A stretch of DNA of 64,000 nucleotides from an uncultured Chloroflexia bacterium (lineage in GTDB: Bacteria > Chloroflexota > Anaerolineae > B4-G1 > SLSP01): assembly GCA_963751345.1 (NCBI GenBank), contig CAVVUS010000014.1, positions 212,601 to 276,600 on the forward strand, written 5' to 3'. The notes under the pieces were generated by a model. It was not told the DNA's origin and did no database searches. It worked only from the letters and a program-made list of their open reading frames with translations. Both the position numbers and the translations under genes were made by a program. Numbering within the stretch: the first letter of the stretch is position 1; every line of letters begins with the position of its first letter. This document shows positions 11,901-18,742 of the stretch, in pieces.

Positions 11901-13460
11901 TTTGGTCGTAATTGAGCGGTTTAGCTCGTTGAAGAGCTGCAACGTTGTGACCTGCTTGCGCAGGCTTTCCACCAGGCGCTGATTCTCGATGATCTGCGCG
12001 ACCTGGGACGCAAAAACCTCGATGACTTCCGCCGTCATCGCTGTTGGCGCGAGCCCATCTCTGGGGCGATCCACCGACATGATGCCGATGATATCTTCGG
12101 CGCTGCCACGCAGCGGCACAAAGAAGACGTCCTCGTTATGCCAGAGCGTGAGATCCTCGTCTACGTCAAGCCTGTCTGGGACAAAGACATCGAGACCCTC
12201 GGTGAGAGCGCGGAACTGCTCCGGTATATAATAACACTGGCCAAGTCTGAAGCGGTCCTGGAACAGGCGTCGGACCCGATCCCAGCGAAGTCGAACTCTC
12301 TTACGCTTCTCCAGCTCCGTCAAGGGGATACCGGCCCCGGCCACGCGACGAAGAGAGTTGCCCTCCAGCACGCTGATCAGCACGAGGTCGAAACCCGTGC
12401 CTTCCTGCACTGCATAGGCCACGTCCAGCAGGACGTCCTCCAACGGGCGCTCCGAGCGCATCGTGCGGCTGACTTCCAGCAGAAGCGACATCTGCTCAGC
12501 CCGCTGACGCATCTGCTCACCACGTCGGAGCTGCTCCTCAAAGCGACGCGCATTGCCCACGGCGATCGCTGCCTGGCCCGACAACGCCTCGACAAGGGTA
12601 ACGGCATCAGACGTGAAAGCATCCGATCGGGTTGACTGAACCAGGATTGAGCCCACCTGGTGCTGTTCGTAGAACACTGGCGTCACCAACATGCTACGAA
12701 TTGGACCCAGTACTTCGTCAATCGGCCCACCCGCGAAGTCCGGGAAATAGAGGGTCTCCCCCGCACTGAACCACCCCCTGAGTTCGCTCCTTTTCTCCCC
12801 TTCCAAGAGCGCAGTAGCAATCTTGGCGAGATCCTCGTCATTGTAACCGCTGGCGGCGTAGATCTGGGCACTGCCATCCGTAAAAAGCGCGATGAAGCCG
12901 GCCTCAGCCCGCAAGGCTCCCAGCGCATCGTCCAGAACCACGCGCAAGATGTGATCGAGATCGATCGTCGATGTGATCTCGGTCGTGACGTGCCTCAGTG
13001 CCTCTATCTGACGGAGGTGCGCGGACTCGCTCTGCTGCCGGCCCGTGATCCCCACCACTGCAAGCCGGGCCATCTCACCGATCCAGGTTGCAGCCGCCAG
13101 GTCACTATCGCTATACGGACCGTCATCGCGGCCTAGCACGAGCCAACCGCGCCAACTGTCGACTGTCACGGGAACAAACAGGCTGCCGGTAGGGGACCCA
13201 TCTGCGGCATCGGGACCAATGGATAGAGGGGCCTCGGGCGAGCCGGCCCGTGCGAGTATCTGCTGCCAGGTGCCGGAATCCGACACCCGCGATCCTGATC
13301 CGACCTCGACTTTGGGCCGAGGTGCGGACCAGATCCAGGCACCGGCGTCGGCAGCGAGCTCGCGCATCGCGGCCTCCAACGCAATGGACCACGCCTGATC
13401 CACGCGAGAGGCTGCGGCGAACTGCTCTCCGACCGCCTTGAGCCCTAAGGTGTGCGGCAA
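8940..13460 (-). CDS. multi-GAF/PAS hybrid sensor histidine kinase with two C-terminal receiver-like domains
   Basis: 1506 aa with a TTG start. There are at least five GAF-like segments (ITSTIDLDHILRVVLDDA, SRTMRSERPLEDVLLDVA, NRSITTKLDLPLVLNTVV, ASELVASLDIDLVLSQAL and an N-terminal one) and a PAS domain (ILEDIADGVMVADERGDIVLFN). The H-box is FVSTVSHELRTPMTS and the ATPase boxes are DTGIGI and GTGLGLAI. REC1 reads TILVVEDDPEI...SLDIRLPDLDG. REC2 lacks the acidic pair (VVLLAGGTG). Confidence 0.9.
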   Translation of the reverse strand: MPHTLGLKAVGEQFAAASRVDQAWSIALEAAMRELAADAGAWIWSAPRPKVEVGSGSRVSDSGTWQQILARAGSPEAPLSIGPDAADGSPTGSLFVPVTVDSWRGWLVLGRDDGPYSDSDLAAATWIGEMARLAVVGITGRQQSESAHLRQIEALRHVTTEITSTIDLDHILRVVLDDALGALRAEAGFIALFTDGSAQIYAASGYNDEDLAKIATALLEGEKRSELRGWFSAGETLYFPDFAGGPIDEVLGPIRSMLVTPVFYEQHQVGSILVQSTRSDAFTSDAVTLVEALSGQAAIAVGNARRFEEQLRRGEQMRQRAEQMSLLLEVSRTMRSERPLEDVLLDVAYAVQEGTGFDLVLISVLEGNSLRRVAGAGIPLTELEKRKRVRLRWDRVRRLFQDRFRLGQCYYIPEQFRALTEGLDVFVPDRLDVDEDLTLWHNEDVFFVPLRGSAEDIIGIMSVDRPRDGLAPTAMTAEVIEVFASQVAQIIENQRLVESLRKQVTTLQLFNELNRSITTKLDLPLVLNTVVQSVTNLLGYDFSTIFLQNRTEQAFTPMASSGYALEYYPADVSMTGEAGFIREVIHTGMPIVAEDTEDDPRFASTPIPMGSSIVVPLMAEGRSVGILTADRKQKGEFSAADVATLMALADQVSVAVDNARLFEEVKHFNEELEERVSERTQELAEALERLRFQRDRSEVLYHIASELVASLDIDLVLSQALMLLQRAVRASRSSVILLDNSTGQLSYRAAIGHAEPIPPGGRLVAFDRSTSLVGWVLEKRTSLVIPDVRLENRFGLVEVGSALSVMAVPIVSSAGESLGVILFESPLVDVFDEAQLRLVEAAAVQLGNALNNAELYRLIREQAERLGTMLRTQQIDAAKDQAILEDIADGVMVADERGDIVLFNAAAEKILSIMRQQALGRDQTEILGLFSSDVHEWLSPIVNWRTYPERYAAGAILTRRLTVDRRYVSVHISPVVSTTREFLGVVSVFRDVTSEIEADRAKTDFVSTVSHELRTPMTSIVGYVDLMLNGAAGTFPEMQLEFLRRVKTNADRLTNLVNDLLDISRIEQGRIELLSRPVSMEEIITQVAADVEPRVAEKDQTFFTVLPPGLPKVYGDPDRLIQILLNLIGNAYKYTPAGGRVTVYTYVREASLHVAVADTGIGIAPENQKRIFERFYRVEDDPAVYEVSGTGLGLAITLSLIQMHGGSIWLESELGKGSIFTFSIPLAEGEPTEDVGVLPPPVTTEPVPTILVVEDDPEISRLLQVTLESEGMKVLKAASGEAALQMAREKLPDFISLDIRLPDLDGLAVLQLLQRDPETADIPVAIVSVVSDRDRGRALGVFDYLNKPLDEQKLLDVIRRNLRPHEVVLLAGGTGESLDQLRSALRTRGIAVRATMRGERALGLARHLCPAMVVLDLALTDIDGYLFLDRLRRDRRTSKVPVVVTYGSDIAAQSQAAELQEKLKDQTGIRFVPQPFSVDELAADVYAEISENGADKESKYGEDPGC

Positions 13461-13486
13461 TTTCCCTCCAACCGTGCTAGCCCTGG

Positions 13487-14377
13487 CTAGCTGGTGCCCC
13501 GGCGGCGCGCCTCGGCGGCGGCCTCGGTGATCTCACGGATATCCGTGAACGGTCCATCCTCGGTCGTTAATATACCGACGGCCAAGCTCATCAACGGGGT
13601 ATGAAGCTCGTTACCTTCGTCGTCCTTGGTGACGAGATAGCCTTGCATCCGGGTCATGAAGTCGTAGTGCGTGCCGACATCTTTGCTGAACCGCCGGACG
13701 ATCCCGTCCCTGAGCGCCTCGGCCCTTGACGCTCGTGAGATAACCACGAAATCGTCGCCGCCAATGTGCCCCACAAAGTCGTCTGGGGTACCAAACGTGT
13801 CGACGGCCTCATTCAACACGATCCCCGTGAAGCGCAACACGTCCCCGCCGGCTACAAAGCCATAGGCCTGGTTAAAGGCATCCAATCCCTTGATCCCGAT
13901 ATAGAGAATGGACCAGTCATCGGCGCCCATGAGCTCGCGAAGCTGCTCCTCTATCAGACGTCCACTTGCCAGCCCCGTGCTGGGGCTGGTCAGACTGGCG
14001 ATCTCCGCGCTCTTGATCGTGTTGCGCACGCGCAGACGGAGTTCCTCGACATCGAACGGCTTCGTGATGTAGTCGTCCGCACCGAGCTCGAGACCACGGA
14101 TCTTGTCGCTGCGCTCATCTTTCTGCGTCAAGAAGATAATCGGAATGTGGCTGGTTCTCAGGTTCGTTCGGAGGCGACGACAGACCTCATACCCATCGAT
14201 ATCGGGCAGCATAATATCGAGCACGATCACGTTGGGCATTTTCTGCCGCGTCATGTTAAGGGCATCATTCCCAACCGGCGCAACGAAGACCTCATAACCC
14301 TGCGATTTGAAGTAGAGCTGCAGCATGTTGGAGATGTCTGCATCATCTTCCACGACGAGGATGCGACCTTCACTCAT
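13487..14377 (-). CDS. response regulator with a short GGDEF-like output domain carrying GGDDF
   Basis: 296 aa. The receiver reads RILVVEDDADI...VLDIMLPDIDGY...DYITKPF. The output domain resembles a diguanylate cyclase (TGLASGRLIEEQL...FNQAYGFVAGGDVL...GHIGGDDFVVI). No RxxD I-site is seen upstream of the motif. Confidence 0.8.
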   Translation of the reverse strand: MSEGRILVVEDDADISNMLQLYFKSQGYEVFVAPVGNDALNMTRQKMPNVIVLDIMLPDIDGYEVCRRLRTNLRTSHIPIIFLTQKDERSDKIRGLELGADDYITKPFDVEELRLRVRNTIKSAEIASLTSPSTGLASGRLIEEQLRELMGADDWSILYIGIKGLDAFNQAYGFVAGGDVLRFTGIVLNEAVDTFGTPDDFVGHIGGDDFVVISRASRAEALRDGIVRRFSKDVGTHYDFMTRMQGYLVTKDDEGNELHTPLMSLAVGILTTEDGPFTDIREITEAAAEARRRGTS

Positions 14378-14451
14378 CCGATACCTCCTAGTTGGGAAAT
14401 CGAATCCATCACCACCTGCCCCCTGGAACAGGGAGGAGCGAAATCCATAAC

Positions 14452-15705
14452 CTAATCCCGCGGATAGAGCCTGGGATGCAACTGCTCCCCATTCTCCAGC
14501 TTGAGATGATCACTATCCTCCCAAAGCACGTTCCTGCGGATCACATACCGCTCAGGAGATGCAAGAAGGACGACGTCGGAATCGATCATGCGAGCGGGGT
14601 ACACAAGTATGCCGGACCCGATCCGAACGTGATGACCAACAGCGCCGCCGAGCGCCGTCATCCCCGTTTCCTCCAGCTTGCCGTGAAAGTGCGATCTGAT
14701 CGACTTATCCACAAGGTTGAAGTCCGTGAACGTGTTCCCTGCACCGATGAACGATCCTCGTCCAACGACACACATCTGGAGACACGTATTCTGCGCCACC
14801 ATACAATCTTCCATCAGGATCGTGCGATAGAGCGAGGCCCTGAAGGGAAGGAATGACCGATCTCCGACGACACTGAGCATCAGTTGGCAACCCTGATCGA
14901 TCGTCACGTTATTGCCGATGTAGCAGTTGCCGATCACGGCGCCCGCACCGATTGAGACGTTGTCGCCAATGACAGTCGGGCCCTGGATCGTGGCGGTAGG
15001 ATCGATGCTGCAGTTTCTGCCGACCTTCACCAACAGAGACGAAGTGAGAACCTGTTTGCGCTCCAGCATGCCGCGCCAGAGAAGCTTGAGGTTCAGCCCA
15101 ACGTCACATTCGGCCTGCTGCTCAAAGCGTGCGCCGATGGCAAAGATGCCAAAGTCGATATTAGCGTGCAGGACCTGCAGCCAATGCTCGACCGAGAGGA
15201 AGGGCTTGGTTGGTAGGTCATAGACAAGATCCCCGTACTGGTCAGACATGTGCGTCGGCACGTGATAAAAGCCAACCTCGCGTGTCTCGGTGTCCATTAC
15301 CAGAGGCCGGACGACGGGCTCGACGCCATAGGGGTAGTACCATAGGTCCGCGACATAGTGCGCACCTTCTTGGCGAATGCCCCGTTGTAGATACAGCGCG
15401 TGCCCTACGATGGCAGGATCGTCCAACGCAAAAGCGACCTGACACGCCTTGCCGGAAGCTCGAGCCCGAAGGATAAACTCGTCGATGAAAACCTCATCGA
15501 AGTAGAGGTTATCGCGATAGACGAGGGTCTCCTGCCGGTCAGTTGGGAGATCGGATAGCGCCTCGACTTCCCGTTCCTCGGTAGTGTACCGCGCCAACAC
15601 GTCGCGCTGAAAAAGCCAGAGGGGCTTCGTCAACACGCTCAACTCGCGTGCCGGCTCGTTGAATGGAGGAATCTTCCGTCGATCTCGTAATATGACCTTA
15701 TGCAC
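14452..15705 (-). CDS. left-handed beta-helix (hexapeptide-repeat) protein, function unknown
   Basis: 417 aa. The C-terminal half has imperfect hexapeptide repeats (IDPTATIQGPTVIGDNVSIGAGAVIGNCYIGNNVTIDQGC...). The N-terminal half vaguely resembles GlmU-like sugar nucleotidyltransferase folds, but I recognise no diagnostic motif. Confidence 0.55.
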   Translation of the reverse strand: MHKVILRDRRKIPPFNEPARELSVLTKPLWLFQRDVLARYTTEEREVEALSDLPTDRQETLVYRDNLYFDEVFIDEFILRARASGKACQVAFALDDPAIVGHALYLQRGIRQEGAHYVADLWYYPYGVEPVVRPLVMDTETREVGFYHVPTHMSDQYGDLVYDLPTKPFLSVEHWLQVLHANIDFGIFAIGARFEQQAECDVGLNLKLLWRGMLERKQVLTSSLLVKVGRNCSIDPTATIQGPTVIGDNVSIGAGAVIGNCYIGNNVTIDQGCQLMLSVVGDRSFLPFRASLYRTILMEDCMVAQNTCLQMCVVGRGSFIGAGNTFTDFNLVDKSIRSHFHGKLEETGMTALGGAVGHHVRIGSGILVYPARMIDSDVVLLASPERYVIRRNVLWEDSDHLKLENGEQLHPRLYPRD

Positions 15706-15726
15706 CTGAGATCCTTCCGCCCGCGA

Positions 15727-16362
15727 CTAACGCAGCGGCTCCCTCTCGACCAAGAAGGTACAGACGGGATCGCCACAGGCAATACACGTCGTCTCTTCCA
15801 CCAGAAACCTCTGGCCGCGACTCACCCAGAAGAGCGTCTCCTCCAGGAGGCCAACGGGAAAGGCACACACCGGCTCATCAGTCCTGCGACGGGCACAGAA
15901 CCCGCACGTCTCAAGAACGAAAAAAAAACCGCTGCTTCCCCTCCCGAGCGTCACGCTTTGATCCGAGTAACGGTTGAAGATCTCGGCCAGGACCTCCAGT
16001 CCTATCCGAGCTCGCAGGCTGACGGGCAGGACACGTAGGGCGACATCGGCGAAGCCAAGAATACCGCCGAATCCCTCAACCCAGTACTTGAAGCTCTCGC
16101 GGCCTGCTTGCCGCGCCAGCCGATGGCCACCTTGAACCCCATAGATACTCTCGATCGCCTCAAACAGACGACCGACCTCAACGAAAGACAGTCCCGGCTC
16201 AAAATCCGCAGGGGGCGTCCCATCGATAAGGTGGGCAAGCCTCGCCGTCGTCAGGACGGCACTGCTCCCGTTCTCACCCAGAACTTCCTTGACTGCCAGT
16301 AACAGGATGCGCGAGATCTTGTTAGGAAACCCTGCACGGTGTTGGACCGAATCCGCGCTCAC
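15727..16362 (-). CDS. V4R (4-vinyl-reductase-type) domain protein
   Basis: 211 aa. The C-terminal pattern LETCGFCARRR...VCAFPVGLLEETL...VEETTCIACGDPVCTF is typical of COG1719/V4R proteins. The start overlaps the upstream hydrolase stop (ATGA). Confidence 0.7.
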   Translation of the reverse strand: MSADSVQHRAGFPNKISRILLLAVKEVLGENGSSAVLTTARLAHLIDGTPPADFEPGLSFVEVGRLFEAIESIYGVQGGHRLARQAGRESFKYWVEGFGGILGFADVALRVLPVSLRARIGLEVLAEIFNRYSDQSVTLGRGSSGFFFVLETCGFCARRRTDEPVCAFPVGLLEETLFWVSRGQRFLVEETTCIACGDPVCTFLVEREPLR

Positions 16363-17159
16363 GTGTCGGCCAAAAACCCGAGAATCACTTCGTGGAAATG
16401 CTGTGTCTCGTCCAGCATAGGGAAATGACCGGACTCCTCAAAGTAATGCACGACAGCCGGAGTCCCGTGGTCACCGATCCCATTCCGGAGAACGTCGCCC
16501 TGTTTAGGATCGACGATATTGTCTTTGCGTCCGTAGATCCCCATCGTTGGGACCCGGCATTCGTGTAGGCGCGGGCGAAGGTCCGTCTGGCGCAGATCCT
16601 CGATACTCCGCGAGAACGATTCAACGGTTGTGCGAGAGAGATCCCTGGACAGCATTCCCCAGAGCGTGCGCCAGTCCTGGGCATAGGTCGTCGAAAGCAT
16701 CTTGATCATCGCGGGAAGCAGGCCCGGAATCGCATAGAGTAGCTGGGCGACGCGGCGGCGTCCGGAGAACTTCAACAGCATACTCAGGCCGGACCCGACA
16801 ATCGGCGATCCCACGACGGCGACTTTGGAGACCCGCTCCGGATGCTGGAGTGTGAGCGATAGGGAAACCGTTCCGCCCATCGAATGTCCCATCACACGGG
16901 CGCTGGACAGCCCCATCCGCTCCATGAACTGATTCACCATATCAACATATTCGTCGACGGAGAAGGCACCCTGCTTTGCGGACTCGCCAAAACCCCAGAA
17001 GTCGAGAGCGTACGTCTTATACTGGTGTTCGGCCAGATACTCCATCGTCGACAGCCAATAATTCCACGAGCCGAGCCAGCAATGCAACAACACCACCGGC
17101 CTGCCGCGGCCAAAGGTCTCATAGTGAACGATGCCCCTGTCCGTCACAATCGAGCTCAT
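16359..17159 (-). CDS. alpha/beta hydrolase (catalytic triad apparently intact)
   Basis: 266 aa. HCWLGSWNYW...ALDFWGFGES, nucleophile elbow VMGHSMGGTV, and a C-terminal SGHFPMLDE histidine loop. Confidence 0.85.
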   Translation of the reverse strand: MSSIVTDRGIVHYETFGRGRPVVLLHCWLGSWNYWLSTMEYLAEHQYKTYALDFWGFGESAKQGAFSVDEYVDMVNQFMERMGLSSARVMGHSMGGTVSLSLTLQHPERVSKVAVVGSPIVGSGLSMLLKFSGRRRVAQLLYAIPGLLPAMIKMLSTTYAQDWRTLWGMLSRDLSRTTVESFSRSIEDLRQTDLRPRLHECRVPTMGIYGRKDNIVDPKQGDVLRNGIGDHGTPAVVHYFEESGHFPMLDETQHFHEVILGFLADT

Positions 17160-17177
17160 CGCAAGAAGATCACACCC

Positions 17178-17203
17178 TTACGCGTTCAAACGTATTGACG
17201 TCC
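17178..17203. repeat. short copy (3 units) of the 8-bp-periodic CGT repeat
   Basis: TTACGCGT TCAAACGT ATTGACGT, with CGT at 17183, 17191 and 17199. It lies in the 45-nt gap between the GTPase stop and the hydrolase start. Confidence 0.5.
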
Positions 17204-17204
17204 A

Positions 17205-17738
17205 TTACTCCGCGTCGACGAGTTCCAGGATAGCGTACAACAGCTCCAATAGGACCTGCTTCACCGTATCCTTACTGTTGGCAATGCACGGGATGACTTT
17301 GATTCCTGGCTCCACCCGCAATACGATGCGCAGATCCTCCGGGGACCAGGCATCTATCAAATCCTGCTTGTTTGCCGCGACAATATAGGGCACGGGAGAG
17401 TAACTGCGGAAGGTATCGAGAATCCTTCGGGCCTCACGGAATGTCTCGGGACGCGTGCTATCCACCATGACGACGAAGCCCAGCATCCCCTCCGAGAGAA
17501 TCTCCCACATGAAATCGAAGCGCCGCTGTCCCGGCGTGCCGAAGAGATAGAGGATGAGCTCCTCATCCACGGTGATTCGACCGAAGTCCATCGCGACGGT
17601 CGTCTGATCCTTGATCCGCTCCGACACCTGAGTGATCTTGCGTTCGGTGGCGACGACGTCAATCTCACTGATGGCCTGGATGAACTCGGTCTTGCCAGAT
17701 GAGAACGGCCCCGTTACAACGATCTTCACCGTCTGCAT
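17205..17738 (-). CDS. small Ras-superfamily GTPase of the CvnD / COG2229 type
   Basis: 177 aa. G1 is GPFSSGKT. TTVAMDFGRI...LYLFGTPGQRRFDFMW is the hallmark stretch of conservon CvnD-like GTPases. G4 is NKQD. Confidence 0.85.
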   Translation of the reverse strand: MQTVKIVVTGPFSSGKTEFIQAISEIDVVATERKITQVSERIKDQTTVAMDFGRITVDEELILYLFGTPGQRRFDFMWEILSEGMLGFVVMVDSTRPETFREARRILDTFRSYSPVPYIVAANKQDLIDAWSPEDLRIVLRVEPGIKVIPCIANSKDTVKQVLLELLYAILELVDAE

Positions 17739-17741
17739 GGA

Positions 17742-18596
17742 CTACAGCTCCCGAATACGCCGGATCAGCCTCTGGATGATGCCTCGCTTGACCGCTGGTC
17801 GGCGCATTTGAGGAGCCGCAGCAGCTTTCTCGACGCTCTCTCCGTCCGCAGGACGAGGACTGGGGGGAGCGGCAGCCGGTCGCGCCGGCCGGACCATCTC
17901 CACAAGCCCCGCCTGCAGCAGACCGTAGACGATCTTGCGGATCTGAAGCTCGTCCATATTGTTGTAGTGGGCGACCTGCTGAATAGTGTTGCGCGGGTTG
18001 ATAAAGGAGATCACCCGCCATTCCTCGACGCTCAGGTTGATGTCACGCAGGGGCGTCGATGGTCGCTCGGCAAACTTCAGCGCGATATCCAGGTCAGGAA
18101 GCTCATCACGGAGCAGTTCCCATTCCTTGAGCCGCCGGTTACCCTCCATAATCAGGTTTTCCAGGGCGATGGAGGTTGTGATCTTGCCCTGCACCGGCAG
18201 TTCGGAGGCCTCAAACCTGAAGGTGCCGCGGTTCCAGGAGATTACCTGATAGACGAGGGTGACAATGTATTCGCGCACGTGGCGCATGACAACCTGCTGC
18301 TTGAGACGACCGCTGGTAATCAGGACCCTGGCAATGTCCTGATCGGATTTCCCGGGCATGTTCTCCCGGATCATCCGGACATGATCAGCGGTAAAGACGC
18401 CGGCCCGCTGAAGAATTACGGGGAGATCGTCATCGATACCGGCTTTCGCCGCATGGATCAGCTTGCCCTCACGGAAGCACAGATAGGCCTCGTCCTCGGG
18501 ACCATGGAGATAGAGAGTGCCACTCTTGCGCGCCAAGTTGATAAGATTCAGCAACTGGGTGATACCAAAGTCCTCGATCTTACCCCTGAGTGCCAT
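17742..18596 (-). CDS. PATAN/DUF4388 domain protein with a C-terminal winged-helix-like segment
   Basis: 284 aa. The N-terminus LRGKIEDFGITQLLNLINLARKSGTLYLHG fits the DUF4388 pattern. The C-terminal part (EEWRVISFINPRNTIQQVAHYNNMDELQIRKIVYGLLQAGLVEMV) resembles DUF742/CvnC-type wHTH. The stop is 3 nt before the GTPase start. Confidence 0.7.
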   Translation of the reverse strand: MALRGKIEDFGITQLLNLINLARKSGTLYLHGPEDEAYLCFREGKLIHAAKAGIDDDLPVILQRAGVFTADHVRMIRENMPGKSDQDIARVLITSGRLKQQVVMRHVREYIVTLVYQVISWNRGTFRFEASELPVQGKITTSIALENLIMEGNRRLKEWELLRDELPDLDIALKFAERPSTPLRDINLSVEEWRVISFINPRNTIQQVAHYNNMDELQIRKIVYGLLQAGLVEMVRPARPAAAPPSPRPADGESVEKAAAAPQMRRPAVKRGIIQRLIRRIREL

Positions 18597-18684
18597 ATGC
18601 GACCGTCCTTAGTATGACCTGACGAGACAGGGAAGGAGCCGGTTCACCTACAATGATCGATCCGTCCCATAAGACTTTGTGATC

Positions 18685-18712
18685 ATTATAATGGTCTTCT
18701 AACATTCAGCAA
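18685..18712 (-). promoter_or_regulatory. sigma70-like promoter candidate (TTGCTG-N16-TATAAT) heading the DUF4388-GTPase array
   Basis: On the minus strand, TTGCTG lies at 18712-18707 and TATAAT at 18690-18685. The leader of about 85 nt contains the inverted repeat AATGATC-N22-GATCATT. Confidence 0.55.
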
Positions 18713-18742
18713 CCGCTGCAGTAGGCTGCGTACCGCTCAGTC

